From NCBI GenBank assembly GCA_003427395.1, contig BFEA01000011.1, positions 5,215,556 to 5,279,555 on the forward strand: 64,000 nucleotides of DNA, written 5' to 3'. Each line of letters begins with the position of its first letter. The stretch's first letter is position 1. The notes below the pieces were generated by a model. It did no database searches, was not told the origin of the DNA, and was given only the letters and a program-made list of their open reading frames with translations. The DNA comes from Chara braunii. Lineage: Eukaryota > Plantae > Charophyceae. Shown here in pieces: positions 10,595-23,319 of the stretch. Made by a program: the position numbers and the translations under genes.

Positions 10595-11656
10595 ATGCAA
10601 GGAACATGAATATGGACGAAGCACAAAAATCCAGATTGCAAAATCACACTGAAGTCCAAGTAGTCAAAGCAAGAGCAGATAGCACAATGGAACCGAGTAA
10701 CCATCCATTTGAGAACGATACNNNNNNNNNNNNNNNNNNNNNNNNNNNNNNNNNNNNNNNNNNNNNNNNNNNNNNNNNNNNNNNNNNNNNNNNNNNNNNN
10801 NNNNNNNNNNNNNNNNNNNNNNNNNNNNNNNNNNNNNNNNNNNNNNNNNNNNNNNNNNNNNNNNNNNNNNNNNNNNNNNNNNNNNNNNNNNNNNNNNNNN
10901 NNNNNNNNNNNNNNNNNNNNNNNNNNNNNNNNNNNNNNNNNNNNNNNNNNNNNNNNNNNNNNNNNNNNNNNNNNNNNNNNNNNNNNNNNNNNNNNNNNNN
11001 NNNNNNNNNNNNNNNNNNNNNNNNNNNNNNNNNNNNNNNNNNNNNNNNNNNNNNNNNNNNNNNNNNNNNNNNNNNNNNNNNNNNNNNNNNNNNNNNNNNN
11101 NNNNNNNNNNNNNNNNNNNNNNNNNNNNNNNNNNNNNNNNNNNNNNNNNNNNNNNNNNNNNNNNNNNNNNNNNNNNNNNNNNNNNNNNNNNNNNNNNNNN
11201 NNNNNNNNNNNNNNNNNNNNNNNNNNNNNNNNNNNNNNNNNNNNNNNNNNNNNNNNNNNNNNNNNNNNNNNNNNNNNNNNNNNNNNNNNNNNNNNNNNNN
11301 NNNNNNNNNNNNNNNNNNNNNNNNNNNNNNNNNNNNNNNNNNNNNNNNNNNNNNNNNNNNNNNNNNNNNNNNNNNNNNNNNNNNNNNNNNNNNNNNNNNN
11401 NNNNNNNNNNNNNNNNNNNNNNNNNNNNNNNNNNNNNNNNNNNNNNNNNNNNNNNNNNNNNNNNNNNNNNNNNNNNNNNNNNNNNNNNNNNNNNNNNNNN
11501 NNNNNNNNNNNNNNNNNNNNNNNNNNNNNNNNNNNNNNNNNNNNNNNNNNNNNNNNNNNNNCGCCTTCACTTAGGGCGGGCACGAGGCTTGCTGGGGCCT
11601 TAGCCCAGAACATGTACATCATGGCAAGGCCCCTTCTTGAGGGCTCAATCCTCACA
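10595..11656 (-). repeat. 3' LTR (gapped)
   Basis: Matches 18051-18852 on both sides of the gap; PPT (..AAGGGGGAT.GAA) abuts at 11657-11670. Confidence 0.9.
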
Positions 11657-11693
11657 TTCNATCCCCCTTAGCTTCGAAAGNCCGCTGAGATGC

Positions 11694-12984
11694 TTACTTC
11701 GCAGGTGCCTTCCCTTTTAGCATTCTTTCATATTCTGCCACCACTTGAGGAGCTGTCTCAATCAGTTCCTCTCTTGTAAACCATCGATCTTCCTTTGGAT
11801 CTGTATGATGCCTGAATTTGACGCAATACTCCCGCTTGGGTTTTGGAGGTCTTCCTCTACCCAATGGCTTCTGAACAGACATATCTCTGTGATCCACAAT
11901 GTCGTCGATGTCCACTTGACCATCCATGGTTGGGGGCAGCATCGATCTCCTTGAAGGGAATTGATTAGTCTCAGCGAAAGGTGCAAGCTTTGAGGCATGA
12001 AAGACATGGTGAGTGCGTAGGTGTCCAGGGATACGGATAACATAGGTAGGACCATCCATCTCATTCCCCACTACATCCAGGACTTCCCAGGGACCAAAAT
12101 ATTGAGGCATTAGTTTACGAGAGATCCCGAATTCCTTTCCTAGCTCACTAGCCTTGACCCAGACACGTTCCCCTACCTGAAATGAGAACTGTCGTCGATG
12201 CTTGTTCTCAGAAGCAATCATTGCTTGCTGAGCTTTCTTGATATGCTCTACAGCTTGCTGCAGCAACTTCTCATATTGCACACCATACTCAAGTGTGCCT
12301 GGAGTTGCAGAGGATTGGTTTTCAGGTAGGAGGAAGTCTAGAGCTGATCTAGGCTTCCATCCCAAGTGCAGCTGGTTAGGACTGAGGCCGGTACTGCTAT
12401 GTACAACATTGTTGAACAGGCTGGCGATGAGAGTAACTTCTCATCCCAATTATCATGGCTGGGCTTGATGTAATGTCTCAGCAAGTGCTGTACAACTCTG
12501 TTCATTTGCTCGGCCTGTCCGTTGGCTTCGTGATGATTCCCTGAAGTCATCCGAAGTTGACTGCCCATTTGTTCAACAGTCTTCTTCCACAGCTCACTTG
12601 TGAAGCGGACATCTCTGTCGCTAACGATTGACTTTGGTAAACCAAAGTCACGCACCCAGTTGTCCATAAACAACTTGATGACGTGGTCAGTCCTTGCGGT
12701 CTCTGGCATGGCAACTAGTCTAGCGTACTTGGTGAATCGATCGATGATGACGAAGATGTGCCTCTTGCCACTCTTACTGGTCACCAGGGTGTCCATGAAA
12801 TCCACGGAAACACTCTGTCCTGGACCAGCGGGGATAGGTAAGGGCTTCAACAAGTGGTGCTTGAGTTCGCGGCTTGTCCCGCTGACAGACCTGACAGGTC
12901 TCTACATACTTCTTTGCGTCATCTAGCATTCCAGACCACCAAAATCGCTGTACTAGATTGACACTCGTCTTTTTGTAGCCAAAT
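11694..12984 (-). pseudogene. Integrase (rve core, GPY/F-SH3) and chromodomain, frameshifted
   Basis: CQVCQRDK, VSVDF, IIDRFTK, IVSDRD, NGQAEQMN, YFGPWEV, VFHASKL, EDRWFTREEL. Confidence 0.92.
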
Positions 12985-13169
12985 CCAAACCCTCTAACGC
13001 AGCCTTGTCTGCCTCTAACGTATCAAGCCTGGCTGCTCTATCCTTAATCTCTCTTTCTCTATCGGTTGCTTGCTTCAGTTCCCTCTCTAACCGCTCGCGG
13101 ATCCTTTCGACCTGTTGGAGCTCTAAGAGCTCCCTGCCGCGTGGGGTCAACGGGCTTAACTGCTACGGT

Positions 13170-16100
13170 TCTTCTACTTGAGAACTGACCATCAGACACT
13201 CAAATGGATCAAGACTCAACCGGCTCTTTCTGATGCACTCAAGCGCTGGATTGAGGTCATAAATCAGTATGACTTCAAGCTTGAGTATCTGAAGGGAGAG
13301 TTCAACAAGGTTGCAGATGCGCTATCTCGTAGAGCAGACTACCTAGGGGCGCTAGTTTCTGAGTTTGGTGTATCTCAGGAAGTAACTCAATCGCTGGTGG
13401 GAGCCTATCAGGAAGACCCTGTCACGATGGACATCATCCGCAAACTTCAGGTAAAAGACAAGGCCACAGAGAATGAGTTTGTGATGGTGGATGGGTTACT
13501 CTTTCTTGATAAGGGCGGGTGTAAAAGGTTAGTAGTTCCATCGACTGAGAGTTTGCGTAGTTTATTTCTAGGAGAATGTCACGTAGACCAGATTTTGGAT
13601 CTTTTGCAGAGGCCAGGATATAGGCCAGCAGCACAGTCGTCGTTGCCGTTAACGGCGATGTCAGACCCCTTCCATGTACAAGCTGGCACACAACCAAGTG
13701 GTACGTCAGCAGCAGCAGCACAGACTGTTGCTTCTTCTTCTTCGGGTCCAGCGGTGATAGCTACACAACCACTGCAACAACCTGTTCCTCAACAGGGACA
13801 GTCGCAAGGTCAATGGTACCCTAAGACCCCTATGCAACTGCCTCTTGCCTTCTCAGGAGAGAAGAAGGATGAGGAACTCAACACATGGTTGAGAACGGTT
13901 CCGGTATGGGTAAAGGCGAAGAGGACTTTGCAAGAGGAGGTGGTGATTACCGCTGCATCTTACCTGGAGGGTAAGGCAGCCAAATGGCTGGATGGTTTAG
14001 TTTCAAAGGCCGGGTACGGACGACGCATGGCGGAATGGGGTAAGACCATTACGTTAGACCAGTTCCTAGAAATGGTAGAAGCTCGTTGGCACAATCCACA
14101 GCCGGCACAAATTGGCACTCATGCGATAAACAGACTAGACCAAAGAAAGTTCAAGTCAGTCAGGGAGCTTACGACTACCGTAGAAAGCCTCATCGTTGTT
14201 CCTGGCATAAACGACGATGACCAGTTCTTGTTGACCACATATGTGAGATGTCTCCCAGAGAATCTCAGGAATTTGCTGGCCAACGAGGCTCGTCTTGAGT
14301 AAGACTTTATCTAGGAAAGCCTTGGACTTAGAGGCCACCCTAGGAAGTGCTCAACCTTCTCAGAATGACGCGAGGAAAAAGAAGAGTCCACAGGAATGGA
14401 AGAAGAAGGGGGCTAAATTGATGATGGTTGAGTCCGATGGGACTCAAACAGAGATCGACGAGCTCACCGAACTGTTGGACGTTTCAGAGTACGACGGCGA
14501 GGAGATCGCTGAGGGTAACACCCTCGCCGCAGTAGTTAAGGCTAAGGCTGGTGGCCGAGTGAAGGGCCATCAAAAGAGTCAAGGGAAGGCCGCCTCCAAT
14601 CAGACCAAAGTTGCTGATTGGGTCAAGGCAGGTCTTGATCAAGAAGTGTGGCGGGACCGCCGAGTGCGCGGTGCTTGTATTAACTGTGGTGAATACGGAC
14701 ACACCCAGTACAAGTGCCAAAACGCAAAGGTCACGTAGAAGATACCTCCTAAGATGGGGGCATCTTCTTCCCAGGCTTCTAGCTCGGGAAACACTTGAGG
14801 CCGGTGGAAGTTTTAACTGCTTCTACTCATGGTGAAGTGGGCCCGATACCCTCCCCACTTCATGAGATGGCCAAAGCTAATGACTCTTTCGTCACCCCGC
14901 AGACTCATCCAGACCAAACTATGCTCTGTACGTTGGATGTGTCTGAAGCCTTAGAGGATCTGGAAAGCGAGTGGTCAAACAAAGACCTTCGTGAATCTTG
15001 GGTGGCACTAAGGAAGGGTCCTGGAGGGGAACATTTCGTGGTGGAAGTTGATGTACGAGGCCGCAAATGTGGTGCCTTCATAGACATTGGGTCCACGCAG
15101 AATTACATAAGTCGTGACTGTTTGGAAAGGCTGCACCTACAGGATCGGGTACAACACCTTAGTAGACTCGTAGCATCTACTTTGGCCAATAAGGAGCGCA
15201 TGATTGTCACAGACTATATCAAGGACGTAGTCTGTACCTTCTCCTATGGAGGAGGGGAACTTAATCATAAGATTTCGTTCCTTGTTAGCGACGACTTACC
15301 ATTCGACATGTTTTTAGGCATGTACTACCTTGAGGTTGCCAAGCCCCAGTTTGACCGGGACAAGAAGGTGCTAAAACATAAGTTGCCCGATGGCAGAACA
15401 GTCAGATTGACTAAGTTCAAAGCCAGTAGCATAATAGATACCTATGGCTGCTTGTGTGCATCAACTATTACAAACAAAACCAAGAGGAGGGTATGTACCT
15501 AGTGTATGTCTCTGAGAAAGGGGAGGCCGTTAAAACACCCCCAAAGATAGAACACGTCGTTGCTAAGTTCCCTGATCTGTCCGAGGAGCCTACAAGAGTC
15601 GTAGAAAGGGAGGTTGTCCACGCCATAGAAATCATTCCAGGGAGGAAAACCCCAAAGGGAAGGATCTATAGGATGGCTCCGACCGAGTTGGATGAACTTC
15701 GGCGACAACTGAAAGAGCTGACAGAGAAGGGATGGATCCGGCCGAGTACTTCCCCCTACGGATCGCCAGTACTACTTGTACCAAAGAAGGGAGGTACATT
15801 GAGGATGTGCATTGACTATAGAGGCCTCAATGCCATCACAGTGAAGAACGCAGAGTCTCTACCTCGCATAGATGACCTGTTGGATAGGGTGCAGGGATGC
15901 CAGTACTATAGCAAGATATATTTAAAATCCGGCTACCATCAGATCGCAATAAGACCTGAGGATCAACACAAGACTGCATTTCAGACCAGATATGGTCTTT
16001 ATGAGTTTGTTGTGATGCCCTTTGGCCTTTGTAATGCGCCGGGTACATTCCAACACGCTATGAATAGGATCTTCCATGACCACTTAGATAAGTTTGTCGT

Positions 16101-16555
16101 TGTTTATCTCGACGATATTCTGATCTTTAGTAAGTCTGTCGAAGAGCATGCACAACACGTTGAGACTGTACTCTCACTCTTGCGACAACACAAGTATAAG
16201 GTCAACCTAGAGAAGTGTGAGTTCGGACATACTAAGATCTTATACTTGGGTCATGAAGTATCCGCGGAAGGGATTGGGCCGGAAGATGCGAAGGTGACTA
16301 GTATAAGGGACTGGCCACGACCTCAGACTGTTACTGAGGTCAGATCTTTCTTAGGAATGTGCGACTACTATAGGAACTTCGTAAAGAACTATTCTACAGT
16401 CGCCTCTCCTTTGACAGATCTAACTCGACTTGACACGCCGTGGGACTGGAGTGATGAGTGCGAGGCTGCTTTCAAACGATTGAAGCATGCACTCATGAAT
16501 CATGAGGTCCTCATGGTTCCCGATCCTCAAAAGCCATTCATTGTAACCACTGACA
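13170..16555 (+). pseudogene. Inverted internal block: RNaseH C-terminus/INT N-terminus fused to gag, protease, RT and RNaseH N-terminus
   Basis: RTDHQTL..NKVADALSR..LGECH then gag (YLEGKAAKW; CINCGEYGHTQYKC), protease FIDIGST, RT (RMCIDYRGLN, MPFGLCNAP, YLDDILI), PFIVTTD. Confidence 0.92.
14786..14827 (+). promoter_or_regulatory. Putative -1 ribosomal frameshift signal at the gag/pol junction (G GGA AAC plus stem-loop)
   Basis: Heptamer is in X XXY YYZ register of the gag frame and pol lies in the -1 frame; hairpin GGTGGAAG/CTTCTACT; same arrangement at 29560-29601. Confidence 0.7.
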
Positions 16556-18036
16556 CAACCGTCTTTCGTCTTCCGGTTGTAAGACCTGAAACACGTATGA
16601 GACCCTAATTGCCCTCGCACATGTTAGTCTCCAATTGTCAACTCTATCCTCATCGATGTCTGACCCACTCATCAGTTAGGCAAACACTATCTGCACTAGA
16701 ACCCCCTAGTGGAGTCCTACCACAACATGTGTTTGACCGACACCTAATTGTCTAAAAATAATTGTGTCCGGCAGGTCCCCTACTTTTACCGATCAAGTGG
16801 CAGCCTACAACATTCACAATAGACTGTCAACATAGTCCAGGTGTATCTTGATTGGTTCACTTACAGCAGCATTAGATAGAACTGGCTATGGCAGTATACA
16901 ACAGTCCTACTCTAATCTGTCTGTGAGGTGTTAGCAGCTGTCAACCAACTAATCAAAAATAAACCAAGACCATGTTGCAGATGTATGATCAGTGGGTATG
17001 GTTGTGTTTCCGGTTGAGCATCAATTAGTACCTACCCTCCCCTCAATCCAACATACCGAATAGCATCAATGAGCAGCGGTGTCTTCGTGTGTGTTGTCGA
17101 CCCACCCCTGTGCCCAAGTCGTTGCCGAGCAAGCCAGCCAGTCCACTCTTATTTACCCTCGTACGGAACGAGCCTTACTCCCGGTTGATCTGGCTGATCA
17201 GGAGGAATTTTAGGAGAGCCCCCATCTCCTCAGAAATTATTTAACGTCGCAGTCAGGACGATGATCACAGCCAGAATCAATCCGAGTCCCCAACCAGAAA
17301 TGTTTATAGACGGTCTGGTAAGCGTCTCATAAAAGGCTGGCACACATGGCAGGACTTCTACAGCGCAGCAAAGTGCCAAAATGGACAGCAGCCATCGCAT
17401 GCGTGACCTACTCCCATTGGGTTGGCATGGTGACCGTGACCCAGTGCTTCGACCAGGGCCCTTCAGAGGCACCGCCCTTTCTCCTTCCAGATGCTTCCGG
17501 GAAGATTGTCGTCTCTCAAGGTAGCGCGCTCACGACACCTCACCAAAAGAGAGGACTCTCAAGTTGGACTCACTTCCTGGCGGTAAAAAGAGATTGAGAG
17601 AGTAGATAAGGTACGGGAACAACGTACCTGGAGATAGCTGCCCCCAACCACAGATTTCTCACCAATTGAGCTGAATGTGCATTTGATGACCGGTCTTGGC
17701 GAACAACGTACCTGGAGATAGCTGCCCCCAACCACAGATTTCTCACCAATTGAGCTGAATGTGCATTTGATGACCGGTCTTGGCCTCGGTACCACCCNCA
17801 ACGCAATGCAGTGCCACCTCAGCCGAATGCCACATCAGCATGCTCTCATCACCAATCATACATTCCGCCTGTCACCACGGCAACCAATGCCGTCTTAGCC
17901 TTCCGGCGCACACCTCTCTACCCAGGCTGTGCGCCTAATATGGCCTGACGTCACAAGAACCAACTGTGAAGAAGCATCGTCAACGCACCAAGTCTGTATA
18001 ACGCCAGCGCACCAAGGTAAGTGGCGAATCAAACCA

Positions 18037-18048
18037 GCTCCGATACCA
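18037..18048 (-). promoter_or_regulatory. Primer-binding site, tRNA-iMet
   Basis: TGGTATCGGAGC, 2 nt inside the 5' LTR (canonical TGGTATCAGAGC). Confidence 0.88.
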
Positions 18049-18050
18049 AA

Positions 18051-18852
18051 ATGCAAGGAACATGAATATGGACGAAGCACAGAAATCCAGATTGCAAAAT
18101 CACACTGAAGTCCAAGTAGTCAAAGCAAGAGCAGATAGCACAATGGAACCGAGTAACCATCCATTTGAGAACGATACNNNNNNNNNNNNNNNNNNNNNNN
18201 NNNNNNNNNNNNNNNNNNNNNNNNNNNNNNNNNNNNNNNNNNNNNNNNNNNNNNNNNNNNNNNNNNNNNNNNNNNNNNNNNNNNNNNNNNNNNNNNNNNN
18301 NNNNNNNNNNNNNNNNNNNNNNNNNNNNNNNNNNNNNNNNNNNNNNNNNNNNNNNNNNNNNNNNNNNNNNNNNNNNNNNNNNNNNNNNNNNNNNNNNNNN
18401 NNNNNNNNNNNNNNNNNNNNNNNNNNNNNNNNNNNNNNNNNNNNNNNNNNNNNNNNNNNNNNNNNNNNNNNNNNNNNNNNNNNNNNNNNNNNNNNNNNNN
18501 NNNNNNNNNNNNNNNNNNNNNNNNNNNNNNNNNNNNNNNNNNNNNNNNNNNNNNNNNNNNNNNNNNNNNNNNNNNNNNNNNNNNNNNNNNNNNNNNNNNN
18601 NNNNNNNNNNNNNNNNNNNNNNNNNNNNNNNNNNNNNNNNNNNNNNNNNNNNNNNNNNNNNNNNNNNNNNNNNNNNNNNNNNNNNNNNNNNNNNNNNNNN
18701 NNNNNNNNNNNNNNNNNNNNNNNNNNNNNNNNNNNNNNNNNNNNNNNNNNNNNNNNNCGCCTTCACTTAGGGCGGGCACGAGGCTTGCTGGGGCCTTAGC
18801 CCAGAACATGTACATCATGGCAAGGCCCCTTCTTGAGGGCTCAATCCTCACA
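18051..18852 (-). repeat. 5' LTR (gapped)
   Basis: Begins TGTGAGG on the minus strand; one visible difference from the 3' LTR. Confidence 0.9.
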
Positions 18853-19245
18853 ATTAATTTATTAAAATTTAAAACGATGACTTTCAAAAATATAAAAAGA
18901 AAATTTCATGTTACTTCATGGTGAATATAGTCTGCTAGAATTTTATCTATTCTTGCATGCATATGCCAAGAAAGTAGGATATTTAACAATATCAAAGTGA
19001 AAAGTTGAAAACATTTACTAAAAGTATAGGTGGAAGAAAAAAAAGCGATAGAAAAATACTTATACCATCTATATTTTTCTATTTCTAGCTGCAAAGGGGA
19101 CTGTATATTTTTTTTTTTAAACAGCTTGATCCATCTTTGATTCAAATAAATATAAAAGTGACTTTTTTCAAGGAGATCTAACAAATATACATGAATGGTG
19201 TATTTTCTCATTTTACAACGAAAAGATACAACTATTAAATTATAG

Positions 19246-20122
19246 CATGGTTACCAACCGGACGTCCGGATCCCAATCTGGACAGTCCGGTGTCCGGTGT
19301 CCGGTTCGGAGGGTCCGGTTGGACCCCGATTTCGAAAAATTCGAGTTTTTTTTTGGGGTTCCCAGGCCGTTTACCTGGGCCTGGGGTACCCCGGAAAAAT
19401 AATGCTGATGTCTTTTGAGAACCGGTACCCCAACCGGACAGGCCCTGAAAGGGACCTCTGTGTGATAAGTTGATAACATTGGCACATGAGTTCACTGCTT
19501 TGCTCTTATTTGGATGGAATCTTGGTGCATTTGAGCTCTCTTCTTGGTACATGACTATCTGGACTTCTGCGTGATTTTGCAACTTGATTTTCTGTCTATC
19601 GCTCTCGCTCATATTCCTTGCATTTTTGTGACGTTGGAGGAGGGTCTGGCCGATGGGAGGGGCGACCAGGGATGGGAGGGCGATGAAGGATGGGAAGGTG
19701 ATGAAGGATGGGAGGGAGATGAAGGATGGGAGGGCAATGAAGGATGGGAGGGCAATGAAGGATGGGAGGGGCGAGCAGAGATGGGAGGGCGATGACGAAT
19801 GGGAGGGCGCTGAAGGATGGGAGGGTGATGAAGGATGGGAGGGAGATGAAGGATGGGAGGGNNNNNNNNNNNNNNNNNNNNNNNNNNNNNNNNNNNNNNN
19901 NNNNNNNNNNNNNNNNNNNNNNNNNNNNNNNNNNNNNNNNNNNNNNNNNNNNNNNNNNNNNNNNNNNNNNNNNNNNNNNNNNNNNNNNNNNNNNNNNNNN
20001 NNNNNNNNNNNNNNNNNNNNNNNNNNNNNNNNNNNNNNNNNNNNNNNNNNNNNNNNNNNNNNNNNNNNNNNNNNNNNNNNNNNNNNNNNNNNNNNNNNNN
20101 NNNNNNTGTTTTGTTTGTTTGT

Positions 20123-20181
<59 letters not shown>

Positions 20182-20567
20182 CTAACCATGGCCCCGCCAG
20201 TGTTAGTGGTGCTGATAAGAGCAGACACCACTAGCACCTGGGGAGAGGCTCCATCTATTGGTGGGGAGCATCACCTGCTGGAAAACGGGTCCAGCGTCCC
20301 ATGTACAGACTGAATTTGGAGTACATCAGAAAAAACAGTTGTGGGGAGGGTTCCTGCCAGCATTGACTACCCTGGGATCCAGGGGATTGACTGAGCAGGA
20401 TTCTGTTGTTGTTGTTGTTGTTGTTGTTAATGCAGACAACCGGACACCGACACAGCAAACCGGACTGTCCGGTTTCATGTCCGGTTAACCGGACGTCCGG
20501 TTTGATCCAGACATGGGTCCGGTGTCTGTGTCCGGTTGTCCGGTTGTCCGGGTCAGGGGCAACCATG
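19246..20567 (-). mobile_element. Non-autonomous hAT-type element, copy 2 (inverted relative to 7687-8580), with a retroposed insert and a gap
   Basis: Reverse-complement homology to copy 1 at both ends; CATGGTTAC...GCAACCATG; TSD not exact. Confidence 0.82.
20106..20404 (-). mobile_element. 5'-truncated non-LTR (L1-type) 3' end with (AAC)n tail
   Basis: Absent from MITE copy 1; carries the shared CCAGCAGGTG..GCTCCCCACCAATAGATGGAGC motif; (GTT)n on both sides. Confidence 0.65.
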
Positions 20568-21899
20568 TATATTAGATCGATAGAAGCAAACAGTGAAAGT
20601 AGCCATAAATGAAAAATCCAGATATCCGGCAGACCAATTTTATCCGGAATTTACAATCTGGATGAAATTTCCGGATTAATTCCGGATATGGAAAATCCGG
20701 CCCTGCACAAAATACGTTTTTTAACTTTTAACCGAAAAAAAAGTTCAAAGAAATCTGGAAAAAAAGTATGTTGTTCATAGTAATGATACGAACAAGTTTT
20801 GGCTTGATGCCATCTTTGGTATCTTAACAGATATGAAGATAGAAAATAAAACACAAAAAGAAAGTAATATTTAAATTAAAAATTATCAAATGAAGTTTAA
20901 TGAACTAAGCATCCCCCTTCTAAACCCCTTTATTCCCTATCTTACCCCCTTTGAACCCTTCCATGCTCAAGCTTTTCATAAAATAGGAACTTAGTTCTAT
21001 TGCATTGTGCATGCGCAATCACCATGCATCAAGCCATGTGGTAACTACCCAACCTTAAAGCACCAGTACACCACACATCGGAACGTAGCTACCACAGATG
21101 CGAGCCGCCGGCGACACTCGGACGGAACACGTCTGATTGTCGCTCGAGCGGCATGCAAAAACGCAAACAAATACCTGTGTAAGGGTAATTGTCCCGACAG
21201 CATCCTCTTGCTTGATGTATGGTGCCATGGAACTTGTCTCGTCACAAAACATATCCCGCATGGCTTGATGTATGGTGCCGCGAAACTTGTCTCATGACAA
21301 AACATATCCCGCATGGCCTGTACATAGATGGGTAGGACATACCACACATGTCTCTATTGCTTTTCCTTCCAGGATCCTTATGCCTGTGTCGGACTTGCGG
21401 GAACTTGACAAAGTACCTCGTTTGACTTGGTCCCATGTTCTATTAGCACTGCTCTACTTCCCCGCCCCCCCCCTTTTTTTGTCCATTATTTTGTTTTCTC
21501 AATTGATGTGTCTCATCCATCCTTGCACAGGGACCATGCGAATCTTCTCTGTATCGTTCCGATTTTTTATGGATGTCCTGAAGGACAATTTCGTTTTGCT
21601 CATTGTTGTTCCTTCCTTACTCCCTGGTCCTTCCGTTCCTGTTCAGTCCTTTGCCCCACAGCTTTCTGGGTCCTTTCCCATTTTCCCTGCCAGCACATAC
21701 ATGTGCACACACCTGTAGAGGGGGACAAAAAGGGTTGGCTCTGATAGGAATTTTTTTTTTTTTTTTTTTTTGAAGGCTAAGTGCCTGACCCAATTCAATC
21801 TTCTGTTGAATCTCAACGATTGGATAAGTAGCCTACCAGATCGAAATTTTGTCGAATATGACAGGATGGCCTTTATAACCATTATTATAGTATTACTGG

Positions 21900-22198
21900 G
21901 AACCCCATAGCAGCCACAGCCATGTTCACAAGAGAACATGTGGGGGCTGCACCCAACCTGTGGGTGGGCGATACTGGCCAGGGGTCAGCCCGTATCATCA
22001 GGACTGAGCACTTTGGGCCAGGCACTGCACCTCCCCTCCCATACCCTTCCCCTACCAACATCAGCAGTATCTGCTGATCGGGGGGCCAATGGAAAGGAGC
22101 AGCCATCCCCGGCCCAGGTCTGAACCTTGGTGGTTCTCTTATCACCACGGAGGTTGTCACCTGGCCACTGATAATTAGAAAAAAAAAGAAAAAAAAAA
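21900..22198 (+). mobile_element. Non-LTR 3' end remnant with poly(A); left boundary approximate
   Basis: Stem-loop GGTGG-TTCTCTTATC-ACCAC shared with the other 3' ends, followed by an A-tail. Confidence 0.45.
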
Positions 22199-23215
22199 GG
22201 ATTGGAGTTTTGAATAAGGTGGCTAGACCGGCCAGAGTTGGTGGTTTGGGTGCCAGCCCTGCTGACAGCGATCTACCAGGAGGCTGTAAATAAGCATAGG
22301 CAGCTGCTCCACAATACACAACCAAGCGAGTCCATGTTGGATTAGACGGGCCCTGGATCCCTTAGTCGAATGAGTCCAGGGAAATGGGCGTGGAATGAAC
22401 AATGAAGGCCTGGTACCTGTGCGGTGTCCTGCTTATTGCTCACTCCTCTCCTTGTTGTCCCCTATTCAGGGTGCAGATCGATGGTGGGATCCACACTGTG
22501 GTCCTCCGCGACTACAGGCAGGCCAAGTTCTTCTTCCCTTCTTTGATCTGTTTTTCATGCTTGCCAGTGATAAGCAACCGGACTGCCGCCCCCAAGAATA
22601 GAAGGGACTGTGTGTGTGCTGTGTGCCAAAAAAAAAGAGAGAGTACTTATCTCCGCTTGAAGACCCCAACCTGAGCAACTCACTGATCAACCTAATAACG
22701 TCATCTGATGCCGGCTGAACACTAGTCAACAATGAAGAAGTACAAGCTAGCTTACAAACCGAGCAATGCCAATCAAGTACCACTACATTAGCAATGACAA
22801 TCATCACTATAGGCTGTTATCGCATCACCACACCCCTTTTCCTTCCAACTGTCAGCCATACACCTCGTCCTTCCATCTGTTCCCTTTCTCCACTAATACA
22901 GACAGGACAGGTGGCCAGAAACTTCTCACTACCACCCAACAGCAGCAGGTACCATTCTCATCAACTCACCTGATGGTAAGTGCCAAGCAGCTCTGGTACC
23001 AAATTGCAACGAGACCGTCGAGAAGAAACTCAAAGCATGCATACATTACACTCCCATTGACCGGCATAGACATGGTGAGAAATGGCAAAGCACTGATCAA
23101 ATCAACCATACGGTCCACTCATGATGATGCTGCCCACCCGCCCTGCTTCAAACATATACCGAGGCCGGGGTCTCTACCGGCTTTTGGGCCTACAAGTATC
23201 CCTACCAGCTCACTA

Positions 23216-23319
23216 CCGTCTTCACCCGAATAAACGCCCGCTCATTATTGCTGCATCTGGACCGAAAGTTGGGCCAAATGCAGCTATAATGACCGGGCGT
23301 TCTATTCGGGTGAAGACAG
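23216..23319. mobile_element. 104-bp fold-back MITE, Tc1/mariner-pogo type
   Basis: TA|CCGTCTTCACCCGAATA...TATTCGGGTGAAGACAG|TA; almost the whole element is self-complementary; TA TSD. Confidence 0.78.

Larger units (their letters stand above)
10595..18852 (-). mobile_element. Ty3/gypsy chromovirus-type LTR retrotransposon with both LTRs and an internally rearranged gag-pol
   Basis: Near-identical LTRs at 10595-11656 and 18051-18852; 5-bp TSD ATTAA (10590-94, 18853-57); PBS and PPT on the minus strand; gag, PR, RT, RH, INT and chromodomain all present. Confidence 0.93.

Noticed and set aside
10591-11671. Long ORFs through N-runs or microsatellites (also 6160-7450, 18029-18887, 19596-20313, 24138-25096)
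   Set aside because: Open only because of Ns or simple repeats
17617-17784. Exact 84-bp tandem duplication
   Set aside because: Identical, adjacent to an N and single-copy in the related element; probably a contig-join artefact
7687-20567. One 12.9-kb composite transposon bounded by the two inverted hAT copies
   Set aside because: Copy 1 has its own exact TSD and the outer flanks do not match
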